Part shown: piece by piece, positions 47,328 through 56,893 of the stretch
Layout of the letters: each line of letters begins with the position of its first letter
Numbering within the stretch: position 1 is the first letter of the stretch
Assembly: GCA_027345565.1 (NCBI GenBank)
Contig: DAHWIF010000011.1
Coordinates: 1-64,000 of the forward strand
Length of the DNA stretch: 64,000 nucleotides
Direction of reading: 5' to 3'
Source: Candidatus Micrarchaeota archaeon
GTDB taxonomy: Archaea > Micrarchaeota > Micrarchaeia > Micrarchaeales > Micrarchaeaceae
Program-made: the position numbers and the translations under genes
Notes under the pieces: model-generated
Seen by the model: the letters and a program-made list of their open reading frames with translations, nothing else
Database searches by the model: none
Told to the model about the DNA's origin: nothing

Positions 47328-49025
47328 TTAGTGTGCGCGTGCCATTACCCTTCCATTTACGCCATGTTTGAGCGTTATGCCTCTAGAGGCCACTGAAAGC
47401 CTTAGAGAGCTGTTATAAGCTTGCTGCGCCCCTTGCGTGGGATATCTTCCGGTTATGCATCCTGTGCAGATCTCATCCCCAAGTCCGATCGCTTGGTGCA
47501 GCCCAGCTACAGTCTGGTAACATAGGCGGTCTGCGCCTATCAAGTTTCTTATCTGCTCGTTGTCCATATGCGTGGCAATCAGCTCCTTCCTTGTTCGCAT
47601 GTCTATGCCATAGGGGCAGTATCCTATTACTGGAGGCTCTGTGATCCATACCTCGACCCTTGCTGCGCCTGCCTTCCTGAGGAGGTTTAGTGGCACGTTT
47701 ATTGTTGTGCCCCTTACGATGCTGTCATCCACCAAAATCACGGACCTGCCCATCACTGCATCAGGAACTTCGTAAAACTTCAGGTCTACCGCCCTGTTTC
47801 GCTCTTCCTGCGTCGGCAACGTGAAAGTCCTGTGTATGAACACGTTTCTAGTCAATGCCGCAACAACGGGAATCCCCAGCTCATTGGCTATCCCGTCCGC
47901 TGCGCTCCTTGCACTTTCTGGTACAGGCACGACAATCCACTCCTTCTGGTTTTTCTTCATGGATTCTGATCCGTATTCTACCGCCATTTTCTGTCCGGCC
48001 GCAAACCTGATCGCGTACATGCTTTTGTGCCCCTCAGGGCCGTATGAGAGCGGCGCGGCGCTTGGTTTGTCAACCAGGCTTGACGGAAGGCTGAAGTATA
48101 TAAGTTCGAAATGGCAGTGCGCCGGCTTTTGCGCGTTTAATACCTTTTGAGTAAACCTTGCTTGCGATGCCCCATCCACAAATATCATTTCTCCGTTTGA
48201 TACCATCCTTGAGAATTCAAACCCTGCTGAATGGAATGCCACAGTCTCTGACGCGAACATTACGCCGTTGGTCAAGGTAGACAGCCCCATCGCCAGCGGA
48301 CGTATGCCGTGCGGATCCCTGAGAACTGCCAGCTCGCCTTGCCCTCTTGAGGTCAACACAGCAAGGGCATATCCGCCTTCGAACTGTTTGGTTACCTCCG
48401 CAAGCGCGTACTCGAGATCCTTGCCGCGTTTTAGGTGATTGGCTATGAATGCGCCAAGAATCTCAGTGTCAACCTTGCTGTGGAACTTATGACCCTCTTT
48501 CAACGAACCCCTGTGGGCTTCCGGATCTACAATCGTACCGTTAAAAGCTATTGCCATCTGCCAATCGTTGATATCAAACACCATAGGCTGCGCATCCCTC
48601 ACCCCCGGAGAGGCTGACGTCGTGTACCGCACGTGTCCTATGCCCATAGTGCCGGATAACCGCTCGAGAGGGCCTTTTTTCCTAGCACGCTCCTCCATTT
48701 CACTGAACTTTGTGACCAGCCCTTTGACCAGCTCTACGTTTATCTCGTGCCCACCATTATTATCGAAAGTTGCTATGCCTGCCGAATCCTGCCCTCTGTG
48801 CTGCAGCCTGAGCAGCGCCCTATAAATCTCGTATGAGGCGTGACCGTTCTCCGGAGGGAACATGTAGTATTCGAGCTGGTCGGCTGAGCGTTCCCTGCGC
48901 ATCCTGTTGGTGTAAAGCTCATCTCCGAATGCTACTCCTACGACACCGCAATGGTCCTTAGGGGTGTTTCCATCTTGCCGGTGGGTGTTTGCTCCCGCTC
49001 TCCGGTCTACAGAAATTCGTTTCAT
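47328..49025 (-). CDS. purF: Amidophosphoribosyltransferase
   Basis: HCGVVG (Ntn Cys), LQHRGQDSAG, GHVRYTT, PVPESA, VDDSIVRGTT, YGIDM, CTGC. Confidence 0.92.
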   Translation of the reverse strand: MKRISVDRRAGANTHRQDGNTPKDHCGVVGVAFGDELYTNRMRRERSADQLEYYMFPPENGHASYEIYRALLRLQHRGQDSAGIATFDNNGGHEINVELVKGLVTKFSEMEERARKKGPLERLSGTMGIGHVRYTTSASPGVRDAQPMVFDINDWQMAIAFNGTIVDPEAHRGSLKEGHKFHSKVDTEILGAFIANHLKRGKDLEYALAEVTKQFEGGYALAVLTSRGQGELAVLRDPHGIRPLAMGLSTLTNGVMFASETVAFHSAGFEFSRMVSNGEMIFVDGASQARFTQKVLNAQKPAHCHFELIYFSLPSSLVDKPSAAPLSYGPEGHKSMYAIRFAAGQKMAVEYGSESMKKNQKEWIVVPVPESARSAADGIANELGIPVVAALTRNVFIHRTFTLPTQEERNRAVDLKFYEVPDAVMGRSVILVDDSIVRGTTINVPLNLLRKAGAARVEVWITEPPVIGYCPYGIDMRTRKELIATHMDNEQIRNLIGADRLCYQTVAGLHQAIGLGDEICTGCITGRYPTQGAQQAYNSSLRLSVASRGITLKHGVNGRVMARAH

Positions 49026-49119
49026 TCGCTCCCCCTAACCAGAATGCAATGGCAAATCTCAATTCAGATATTTATAACTTGGCTTGATTCTTATTACATT
49101 GAATTCTGGTGCGCCTAAG

Positions 49120-50448
49120 ATGATACCTGTTATCGATTTCGATAGGTTTTTGATGGCCTTCTCGCTAGGCGTGCACATAATACTCGCTTCTGTCGGCATA
49201 GCGCTTCCGGCGATAATAGTCGTAGCGGAGATAATAGGCATCAGGAACGGGGATCGGCAGTATTCGGTCATGGCAAGGCGCCTTTCCATCGTGCTCGTTG
49301 TGCTCTTTGCCGTCGGTACAGCCTCTGGCACCCTGGTGGCGCTCGAGCTCTTCCTTCTGTGGCCTGGCTTTATGGTCCTCGTCGGCCAGGTGGCCATATT
49401 ACCACTCTATATAGAGGTCTTTGCGTTTTTCCTTGAAGCGATTTTCCTTGCAATATACATATACGGTTGGGACAAGTTCAGTAATAGGTATGCGCACGCA
49501 CTTGTAGGCGTAATTGTAGGGATAGGCGCAACAGCCTCCGGAGTCCTCATCACCATGCTCAACTCATTCATGAACACTCCAAATGGGTTCAATATAGCCA
49601 CTTATCTCAGCACCGGAGCGATCACAGATGTAAACCCGGTTGCCGTCCTATGGACACCGGCAACAGGGATAGAGGTCCTCCACGTCATAGCCACAACGTA
49701 CTTTGCAGGTACTTTCATATTCGTAGCCTATATGGCATTCAGACTGCTGAGGAGCGGCGGCATGGAGAAGGCCTATTACATGAAAGGGCTTAAGCTCACT
49801 TTTGCGATATTGGTTATAGCAACGTTCGCGTCAGTCTACACCGGGATACTGTCAATAAACCGCCTTGCCATCATACAGCCTGAGAAGTACGCTGCACTCG
49901 AGGCAAACCTGCAATCTATGCCAAATGCGCCAGAGGTAATATTCGGCTATTTATCGAACAACAGCGTAAAGGGTGCCATAGTGATATCAGGCCTGCAGAG
50001 CATGCTGCTCGGAAATGCCAACATAGTGGTACCCGGGTTGCTCCAGTATCCAAAGGATACGTGGCCGCCGTTTTTCGTGCATGACACCTTTGATATTATG
50101 GTTTTCCTAGGCTTCGGGTTCGCTGGGTTCATGCTCCTTGTGCTGCTTCTGGCCGTTCTAAAGAAAAGACCATTTGAACGTCGGCTAATATTGTGGCTGA
50201 CAACCGTTGCCGGTGTATTTGCGGTAATACTACTTGAACTTGGTTGGGCGACGGCGGAGATAGCCAGGCAACCGTGGATAATATACAATGTCATGCTAGT
50301 TAGTCAGGCTGCGAACTATTCACCATCGGTCATACCTATAGCGATCTTGTTCATAATCATATACGCAGTGATCATACCGGTGACTTTGCTGATACTTAGG
50401 CTTCTTTTTAGAAGCAGGCCGCTATCAAACGACTTGGTTGGAACATGA
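49120..50448 (+). CDS. cydA: Cytochrome bd ubiquinol oxidase subunit I
   Basis: VHII, EVFAFFLEA, NSFMNTP, QPEKYAALE, ELGWATAEIARQPW. Confidence 0.95.
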   Translation: MIPVIDFDRFLMAFSLGVHIILASVGIALPAIIVVAEIIGIRNGDRQYSVMARRLSIVLVVLFAVGTASGTLVALELFLLWPGFMVLVGQVAILPLYIEVFAFFLEAIFLAIYIYGWDKFSNRYAHALVGVIVGIGATASGVLITMLNSFMNTPNGFNIATYLSTGAITDVNPVAVLWTPATGIEVLHVIATTYFAGTFIFVAYMAFRLLRSGGMEKAYYMKGLKLTFAILVIATFASVYTGILSINRLAIIQPEKYAALEANLQSMPNAPEVIFGYLSNNSVKGAIVISGLQSMLLGNANIVVPGLLQYPKDTWPPFFVHDTFDIMVFLGFGFAGFMLLVLLLAVLKKRPFERRLILWLTTVAGVFAVILLELGWATAEIARQPWIIYNVMLVSQAANYSPSVIPIAILFIIIYAVIIPVTLLILRLLFRSRPLSNDLVGT

Positions 50449-51386
50449 ACGTAATTTATATGCTGAACTATGCTGTTTTCGCTGCCTTCTTTACTTTATT
50501 CGTTATTGAGATAGGCATCGCGGTCTCTTTCCTCATATCATATCGAGACAAGGATAGGCTGAAACGCTATCTAATGCCGATATGGGAGATAACGGGCACG
50601 TTTGCCGTATTCTATTTGGTCAACTTCGAGGCCTCCTTCCCCACTGCGATAAAGATAATCGGCAACGCCTATTTAGTGCCGTTGCTCATCGCTGCGATGT
50701 TCTTCATATTCAGGAACGCTTTCATAGCGTACAGCGAATACATAAGCAACGCGCCTTCAGAGCGCGCGTTCCTTAGAGTCTACAGCATGGCCACAATAAT
50801 AACTGCATTCCTCGTGGTAGCCGTGCTCGGATCAGGAGTAAGCGGTATTGGGATAAACGTACAGGCATTGTCTGCTAGCATATACGCTATGCTGCTTAAC
50901 CCGTTCGTGCTGCTTCTTTTTGTTTCGGTAGCACTAATCGGCATATTTGTGATATCAGTATTTTTCGACTTGGACCACCTTAAGAGGCTCGGATATGCAT
51001 CGGCGCCAATAGCAATTTTGCTTGTTTTTGCTGCGCTGTACTTTTATGGTAGGTACGCGCTGGCCAATGCAGCTGCATATTGGCCCCTTTTGGCATTAAC
51101 CATTGCCTTGCTTGCCGTAGTGATGTACCTTGGCATTAGGGCTAAGAGGGCCTCAAGATACGCGGCGGTTGCATGGCTATTCTGGGCCATCCTGTATTTC
51201 GGAACGATAACATACCCGTATTGGTTTGGCGGGACGGTAAATTCGCAGTCTTACCTAGTGAACGCAATTACTGGAGGATATACGGTTGCCATAACGATCA
51301 TGGGAGGGATATTCCTTGTAGGAGCGCTTACATACTTCATTTATATAGCATACTTGAAGAAGTCTAACGGATCGGTGGGATATTGA
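50445..51386 (+). CDS. cydB: Cytochrome bd oxidase subunit II
   Basis: PIWEITGTFAV...FP motif, 8-9 TMs, overlaps cydA. Confidence 0.85.
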   Translation: MNVIYMLNYAVFAAFFTLFVIEIGIAVSFLISYRDKDRLKRYLMPIWEITGTFAVFYLVNFEASFPTAIKIIGNAYLVPLLIAAMFFIFRNAFIAYSEYISNAPSERAFLRVYSMATIITAFLVVAVLGSGVSGIGINVQALSASIYAMLLNPFVLLLFVSVALIGIFVISVFFDLDHLKRLGYASAPIAILLVFAALYFYGRYALANAAAYWPLLALTIALLAVVMYLGIRAKRASRYAAVAWLFWAILYFGTITYPYWFGGTVNSQSYLVNAITGGYTVAITIMGGIFLVGALTYFIYIAYLKKSNGSVGY

Positions 51387-52042
51387 CGTCTATACAAACA
51401 ACTGTTGCTCTATCCACAATAGTGATATTCGTACTCGCGTTACTGCTTACCTTATTCATAACAAGGGATTACGCGGTGAAGAGGGCACGCGCGCTCCTTT
51501 TCTGGAGTCTTGGTCTTTGGCTGTTCGTTGCCGGTGTTGGGCTGGAAATCGCTTTTGCATTAGGCGTATACAGCGGGTGGCTTGCAAATTCATACATAGT
51601 CGTAGTGACGCTCCTTGTCCAGTTCCTCGCGCTCGGCTCCATGCAGCTCATAAGCTCTGCAAAGCTGAAGAAGGCGTATTACGGATTCTGCATCATAACT
51701 ACTGCGATTCTATTCTACTCCGTCATTGCATTCCCGGCCGTGTACATACTCAGCAGCGCCGGCGTAGCAATAAAGTCGACATCTTTGGCTGCAACAATAG
51801 CGTCGTTGCTGATCACCTTCCCGGCTGCAGCCATACTGGTGGCGGTGGCAGCGTTGACATACGTAAAAACGCGGAGCCCGAAGATGCTTTCAATAATAGC
51901 TGGCGTTATAGTAGTGTCAGCCGCTGGGACTCTTTATATAGTGTCTTTCCCGGCGTTGCTCTACTATTCCGAGTTCTTCGGCATACTTCTGCTTTGGTTG
52001 GGCTTCTTCGACATGCGAATGCTCAGACTAAAAGGAAAATGA
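51383..52042 (+). CDS. 7-TM membrane protein of unknown function
   Basis: About 7 hydrophobic segments; overlaps the cydB stop. Confidence 0.7.
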   Translation: MTSIQTTVALSTIVIFVLALLLTLFITRDYAVKRARALLFWSLGLWLFVAGVGLEIAFALGVYSGWLANSYIVVVTLLVQFLALGSMQLISSAKLKKAYYGFCIITTAILFYSVIAFPAVYILSSAGVAIKSTSLAATIASLLITFPAAAILVAVAALTYVKTRSPKMLSIIAGVIVVSAAGTLYIVSFPALLYYSEFFGILLLWLGFFDMRMLRLKGK

Positions 52043-52703
52043 GCCATACGAGGATTGAGACTGTAAGGTTGTCGAACTTTCCGGGCGTTATCCCCTCTGC
52101 CACAGCCCCAACCGCAGATGCCAGGACGGCTATCCTCGATACTCGAACGGTGAAGCTGCCAGGAAGCAGGATTGATGTGAAGATGAAGATGCTGAATAGG
52201 CTGGCTACAAAGAAGGCTAGGCTCCCCTCAATGCTCTTCTTCCCGTTTGCATATTTGGCGCACGCATACTTGCCTGCGATTGGGGCGATTCCATCGCCGA
52301 ACGACACCGCGCAGATTGCAGCCACCCCTGCTATGCTCCTGAATGAAAAAACGGTGAAAAATATCAGCATTGCCATCAATATCAAAGGCCCGTATATGAC
52401 GTCTGTTCGCGATCTCTCCCTAGCGAACCGGAAGACTTTTGTCGCGTGAGGTGCGCGCTTTGGGAGTGCGGTGAGCATCACCGCAACAAATGCAAGAATG
52501 GGTATGGAGAATATGACTTTGGCGTATTGGCCGGTTGGCAGGAACCAGAATACGATCAGACCCCCCATCCAGAGATGGATTACCTTCCTCGCAGCGCTCT
52601 CAGATATCCTCCTCTTCGAGACCAGCACATCCATGGCCACGGCTATGGCAAATATGTATACAAGTTCGCCGATCCCTATAATGGCATTATATGGGACTGC
52701 CAT
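52023..52703 (-). CDS. Dolichol/phytol kinase (CTP-dependent) family protein
   Basis: ARKVIHL, GDGIAPIAG, KKSIEGS, DNL. Confidence 0.88.
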   Translation of the reverse strand: MAVPYNAIIGIGELVYIFAIAVAMDVLVSKRRISESAARKVIHLWMGGLIVFWFLPTGQYAKVIFSIPILAFVAVMLTALPKRAPHATKVFRFARERSRTDVIYGPLILMAMLIFFTVFSFRSIAGVAAICAVSFGDGIAPIAGKYACAKYANGKKSIEGSLAFFVASLFSIFIFTSILLPGSFTVRVSRIAVLASAVGAVAEGITPGKFDNLTVSILVWLIFLLV

Positions 52704-52716
52704 CAGAGCACATCAT

Positions 52717-53238
52717 TCATTTGACTCCAAGGTGCTCCAATATAGGATTAAGCGATTCCTCAAGAGCGCCAGAGCTCTTCACGGTTATCAGGTTGTCGTC
52801 TATCTCCATGTTCTTATCGGTGGGTATTCCGTGGAATAGTTGGATTGCCTTCTTCACTTCCGCATCTTCCGGCACAGCCATCTTCTTGCCTTTTATTATA
52901 TTGGCCTTTGCCAGCACCTTCTGCGAGTTTCCTACCGCGCCGATGTACTTCTTGCTGCCATTGAACTTCATAATCAGGTCCAAAAGGGGCCTGAAATCCT
53001 GGAGTTTATATGAATCTACCCCTGCTCCATCCACGAACATTATGCCATCGTAGCCCGATGGGTCGACCCTGTTTGCGTTTATATCTGGCATGCAAGTCGC
53101 ACCGTGCATGCCGTTGCATTCCTTGTTACTGTAGCTAGTCACCTGGTAGCTCACATTCCACCTGTCGAAGAACATCCTTATAGTGGATAACGACTCGTCC
53201 CTGAAATCATTTGGAGGTATGAAGATCAGGAATTTCAT
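52717..53238 (-). CDS. DJ-1/PfpI family protein lacking the catalytic Cys
   Basis: FRDE, YDGIMFVDGAG, IGAVGNS in place of the nucleophile-elbow Cys motif, DDNLIT. Confidence 0.8.
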   Translation of the reverse strand: MKFLIFIPPNDFRDESLSTIRMFFDRWNVSYQVTSYSNKECNGMHGATCMPDINANRVDPSGYDGIMFVDGAGVDSYKLQDFRPLLDLIMKFNGSKKYIGAVGNSQKVLAKANIIKGKKMAVPEDAEVKKAIQLFHGIPTDKNMEIDDNLITVKSSGALEESLNPILEHLGVK

Positions 53239-53242
53239 TTAG

Positions 53243-53983
53243 TCACGTTTCCATGTACGGGGCCAAAAAGTAAGCGATTGTTGCATCGCCTATCTTGTAA
53301 TTTATCCTTATAGGTTCTTCCGTCTTGAGTGAAAGGTCTATCGAGTTGCCTGGTGGGCACGTTCTAACCATCCTGTCAAGCATGTTAAGATTGAACGTTG
53401 CAGAGGACGCCTTGCTGACGTTTATCTTCTTCACGAAGTCCGGGTTGCTGTGTTCCTCCTCCAGTTCCGCAGCATCGCCTTTGGCGAATATCTTGAACAC
53501 CTCCTTCTCTGTCTTGAAGCCTATCAGCGATGAAAGCAGCGTTGCATCCTTGAGCACCTCCCTGAATGGGTCGCTTTTTACCTCCACTGAGGATTCGAAC
53601 TCTATCTTCGGCTCCTTGTCGGCCTCTTTCTTTATGTCTATCATCGGCAGCCTGTACCTTCGGCGGCTGTTGTCCCCTATGAACTCTATTGCGAGCTTGT
53701 TGCTAGAGTCCTTCATGCTAAGCTGCTCATTGTTCCTCGCCGTTGAGAGTATCTTGCTGAGGTTCTCGAGGTTCAATCCTATCGATACCGGCTTCTCAAC
53801 ATCGTATTTCGAGAACGCCTTGCCAGGTATGAAGAATGAGACCATGCTTATACCTGACGGGTCCATAGCCTTCAGGGATATCCCCTCCTTGGATATGTTG
53901 AATGTGCCCTCATCCACAAGGCTGACTATCGAGTCAACGCAGCTTCTCCAGTACCTAGCATCATCTATCTTTATGTCAAACAT
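53243..53983 (-). CDS. pcn: PCNA sliding clamp
   Basis: LVDE, KAMDPSGISMV, IGLNL, YFLAP. Confidence 0.95.
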   Translation of the reverse strand: MFDIKIDDARYWRSCVDSIVSLVDEGTFNISKEGISLKAMDPSGISMVSFFIPGKAFSKYDVEKPVSIGLNLENLSKILSTARNNEQLSMKDSSNKLAIEFIGDNSRRRYRLPMIDIKKEADKEPKIEFESSVEVKSDPFREVLKDATLLSSLIGFKTEKEVFKIFAKGDAAELEEEHSNPDFVKKINVSKASSATFNLNMLDRMVRTCPPGNSIDLSLKTEEPIRINYKIGDATIAYFLAPYMET

Positions 53984-54084
53984 AGAAACCACACAGTAAT
54001 AGTATATCTATTCTGTCGTAAAGGAATAAAAATATATGCAAAGCGGCTTAATACGGGAATATTAGGCCTGTTTCGACTGCAAGC

Positions 54085-55467
54085 TCAGACCTGCCTTTTG
54101 GGGTCAAGGAGCCGATCCAGCGTCTTTCTGTCCATTACACCAATGTCCAGGCATACCTCCTTTAGGCTCTTGCCTGTCAGATATGCCGTCCTTGCTATCT
54201 TCGCGGCCTTGGCATAGCCTATGTATGGCGTCAACGCCGTCACCCTAGACAGGTCCATCTTCAGGTGCCTTTCTATTTCCCGTCTGTTGATTTTTATGCC
54301 AGATACGCATCTGCTCGAGAAGGTGTTTATCGCGTTTGTTAGTATGTTTATCGAAAAAAGCGTGTTGTACGCTATCAGGGGGGTGAACACGTTCAGCTCC
54401 AGCTGCCCGGATTCGAAGGCTATGTCAGTCGCGCGAGAGAGCCCGATTACCTCAAAGCACACCATATTCAACATTTCTGCGATGCTTGGATTCACCTTGC
54501 CAGGCATTATTGATGATCCTGGCAGCACCGCGGGAAGTATTATTTCCCCTATCCCAGCGCGCGGTCCAGATGTCATGAGCCTCAGGTCGTTCGCTATCTT
54601 TGACATCACTATCGATACCTCTTTGAGAACATCGCTAAGGGCGAGTATGCACTGCTGCCCCTGCATCACCTTAAATGTATTCTTTGTTATGGAGAACTTC
54701 GCCCTTGTCATCCTATTTATCTCATTAACGGCTTCTGCCGCATAGCGCCTGCTGGCATTCAGTCCGGTCCCCACGGCCGTGCCTCCAAGAGGCAGCTCGA
54801 GGAGTAGGCTGCTTACAGTAATTAGCCCATCTATCGCGTATCCTATCTCTCCTGCGTATCCATAGAATTCCTGTCCCAAAGTCATCGGCACCGCATCCTG
54901 CAGGTGCGTCCTCCCAACCTTCACCACCTTTGAGAACTCACGCGTCTTGTTCTTTAAGGAGGTTTCAACGCCTCTGAGCGCCGGAAGCAGGTCTTCCCTT
55001 ATGGTGAGGTAACATGATATCTGAAGTGCCGAGGGGAAGGTATCATTGGTCGATTGGCTCATGTTTACATGGTCGTTCGGATGCACTATCGCATAGTCCC
55101 CTTTGTTCCCTTTAAGCAGCGTTATTGCCCTGTTAGCCAGGACCTCGTTGACATTCATGTTTATGTTAGTGCCGGCGCCCGCCTGAAAAACGTCAGTTAC
55201 AAATTGGTCTGCAAACTTGCCGCCGAGAACCTCGCTACACGCTTTGACGATTGCTGTGCCCCTTCTCTTATCAAGAGATCCTGTGCGCATGTTGGCTATG
55301 GCTGCAGCCTTCTTTATGGTCACATACGCCTCTATAAGCCTCCAGCTTATCCTTTCCCCAGATATCTTGAAGTTGTCTACGGCGCGCTTCGTCTCTGAAC
55401 CATAATAGGCATCTGCAGGCACTTTCACCTTGCCGAGAACATCAGACTCTGTCCTGTATTTCATATT
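54085..55467 (-). CDS. fumC: Class II fumarate hydratase / aspartase family
   Basis: HPNDHVNMSQSTND, GRTHLQDA, GSSIMPGKVNP; lies in the sdh operon. Confidence 0.9.
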   Translation of the reverse strand, partial: NMKYRTESDVLGKVKVPADAYYGSETKRAVDNFKISGERISWRLIEAYVTIKKAAAIANMRTGSLDKRRGTAIVKACSEVLGGKFADQFVTDVFQAGAGTNINMNVNEVLANRAITLLKGNKGDYAIVHPNDHVNMSQSTNDTFPSALQISCYLTIREDLLPALRGVETSLKNKTREFSKVVKVGRTHLQDAVPMTLGQEFYGYAGEIGYAIDGLITVSSLLLELPLGGTAVGTGLNASRRYAAEAVNEINRMTRAKFSITKNTFKVMQGQQCILALSDVLKEVSIVMSKIANDLRLMTSGPRAGIGEIILPAVLPGSSIMPGKVNPSIAEMLNMVCFEVIGLSRATDIAFESGQLELNVFTPLIAYNTLFSINILTNAINTFSSRCVSGIKINRREIERHLKMDLSRVTALTPYIGYAKAAKIARTAYLTGKSLKEVCLDIGVMDRKTLDRLLDPKRQV

Positions 55468-55468
55468 C

Positions 55469-56473
55469 TCACTCTTTCTTGTTGCCAATTATATTACTTT
55501 TCATCGTATCTTTCTTCATAAGCTGTATGGCCGTTGCGGGGTCTACGCCTTTCGGGCACACCTTTGAGCACGCCCCGGCGTATTCGCAGCTCCATAAGCC
55601 CTCCAGCACGTCGACCTTTTCTATGCGCTTCGCCCCCGCCTGATCCCTCGAATCGGCGTAATACCGATATTCTTGGGCGAGCGCCTGAGGGCCTATGAAG
55701 TCCTGGTTCGTATTTACAACTGGGCATGCGTCCAGGCATAGCCCGCACATTATGCAGTACGAATACGGAAGGAACTTTTCTATCTGCTCCTGCGATTGTA
55801 CGTACTCCTTGCCGGCTGCGTACTGGGCATTTTTATCCTTCCTATAGAGGTACGGTTCGATTGCCTTGTGCTTATCGAAGAAGTCGTCGAAGTCGTTTAC
55901 TAGGTCCTTCAGCAGCGGATGCCCCTCCATCGGCGCAACCGTTATGGTGCCGTCTTTCGCGCTCTTGAAAGCATTGGCCTCGCATGCTAGCGACGGCTTG
56001 CCGTTTATGACCATGCCGCACGACCCGCATATCCCCATCCTGCAGCTATACCTCATCGAGAGTGTGTTGTCATTCCTCTCCTTAACGCTCTGCAGTAGCT
56101 CAAGCACGGTGGTGAACCTATTTGCGCCGACCAGGTATATGCGCGATTCGATCGTCATTGTTGCGGGGTTGAACCTGGCGATTTCCAAATTTATCTCTTT
56201 GGTCCTGCCGCCCAGTGCCACCTTCTCTGAATGCACATGCTCTTCTGCATCATTTTTTGCTATCTTCATCAGCCTCCAGGGCGATTCACGCCTGGCAAAG
56301 TAAACTTCATGCATGCCGGATATGCCGAAAACTAACAGGCCTAGCGTTATCAAATAAAAAAGCGGCGTAGTGGCAGGCTGGTAAACAAAATAGGCAATCG
56401 CAGACAGGACCATAAGCACCGGCACGCCTATCATGGCAACATACATTGGTGCGAACTTTACTGATTCCTTCAT
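55469..56473 (-). CDS. sdhB: Succinate dehydrogenase Fe-S subunit with N-terminal 2-TM extension
   Basis: SCRMGICGSC...C, CIMCGLCLDACP, CEYAGACSKVCP; preceded in frame by two hydrophobic helices. Confidence 0.9.
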   Translation of the reverse strand: MKESVKFAPMYVAMIGVPVLMVLSAIAYFVYQPATTPLFYLITLGLLVFGISGMHEVYFARRESPWRLMKIAKNDAEEHVHSEKVALGGRTKEINLEIARFNPATMTIESRIYLVGANRFTTVLELLQSVKERNDNTLSMRYSCRMGICGSCGMVINGKPSLACEANAFKSAKDGTITVAPMEGHPLLKDLVNDFDDFFDKHKAIEPYLYRKDKNAQYAAGKEYVQSQEQIEKFLPYSYCIMCGLCLDACPVVNTNQDFIGPQALAQEYRYYADSRDQAGAKRIEKVDVLEGLWSCEYAGACSKVCPKGVDPATAIQLMKKDTMKSNIIGNKKE

Positions 56474-56886
56474 GCGAACCACACATAGAGTATTGCGATT
56501 AACCCTGCGACCCATATCGCCAAGGACGCATATGGCAACATCTTATACATCGGGGTGAGCGGATGGCGCTTGTACTTCTCAGCTATGGTAAGATATGATT
56601 TGTTTAGGTAGCCGTGGACGAACCCTTCTGTGGCTATTACAGAGGCGCCCTTCGCCGTCTCGTACACCTGCGGCGTGAAAAGCACCCACACGACTATGAA
56701 TGCGGCCTCGAACGCCCACGATGGCAGCAGCCCTACATACTTCGCCACAAAGATTACGAACGCGATTAAAGAGAAAATTATCAGCACCCTGTAGAAAAGC
56801 ATGTGGACGTACGCCTCCTTGTCGAAGCCGAGCAGCCTGCCTATGTTTGACTGCTTGCCGCGTGGATCATACACCCGTTTCTCCAT
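56470..56886 (-). CDS. 3-TM membrane protein, putative atypical SDH anchor
   Basis: Lies between sdhA and sdhB; ATGA overlap with sdhB; three TMs. Confidence 0.65.
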   Translation of the reverse strand: MEKRVYDPRGKQSNIGRLLGFDKEAYVHMLFYRVLIIFSLIAFVIFVAKYVGLLPSWAFEAAFIVVWVLFTPQVYETAKGASVIATEGFVHGYLNKSYLTIAEKYKRHPLTPMYKMLPYASLAIWVAGLIAILYVWFA

Positions 56887-56893
56887 ATTACCA

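Noticed and set aside
51517-52449. 310-aa plus-strand ORF
   Set aside because: Alternative-frame/antisense overlap of two well-supported membrane protein genes
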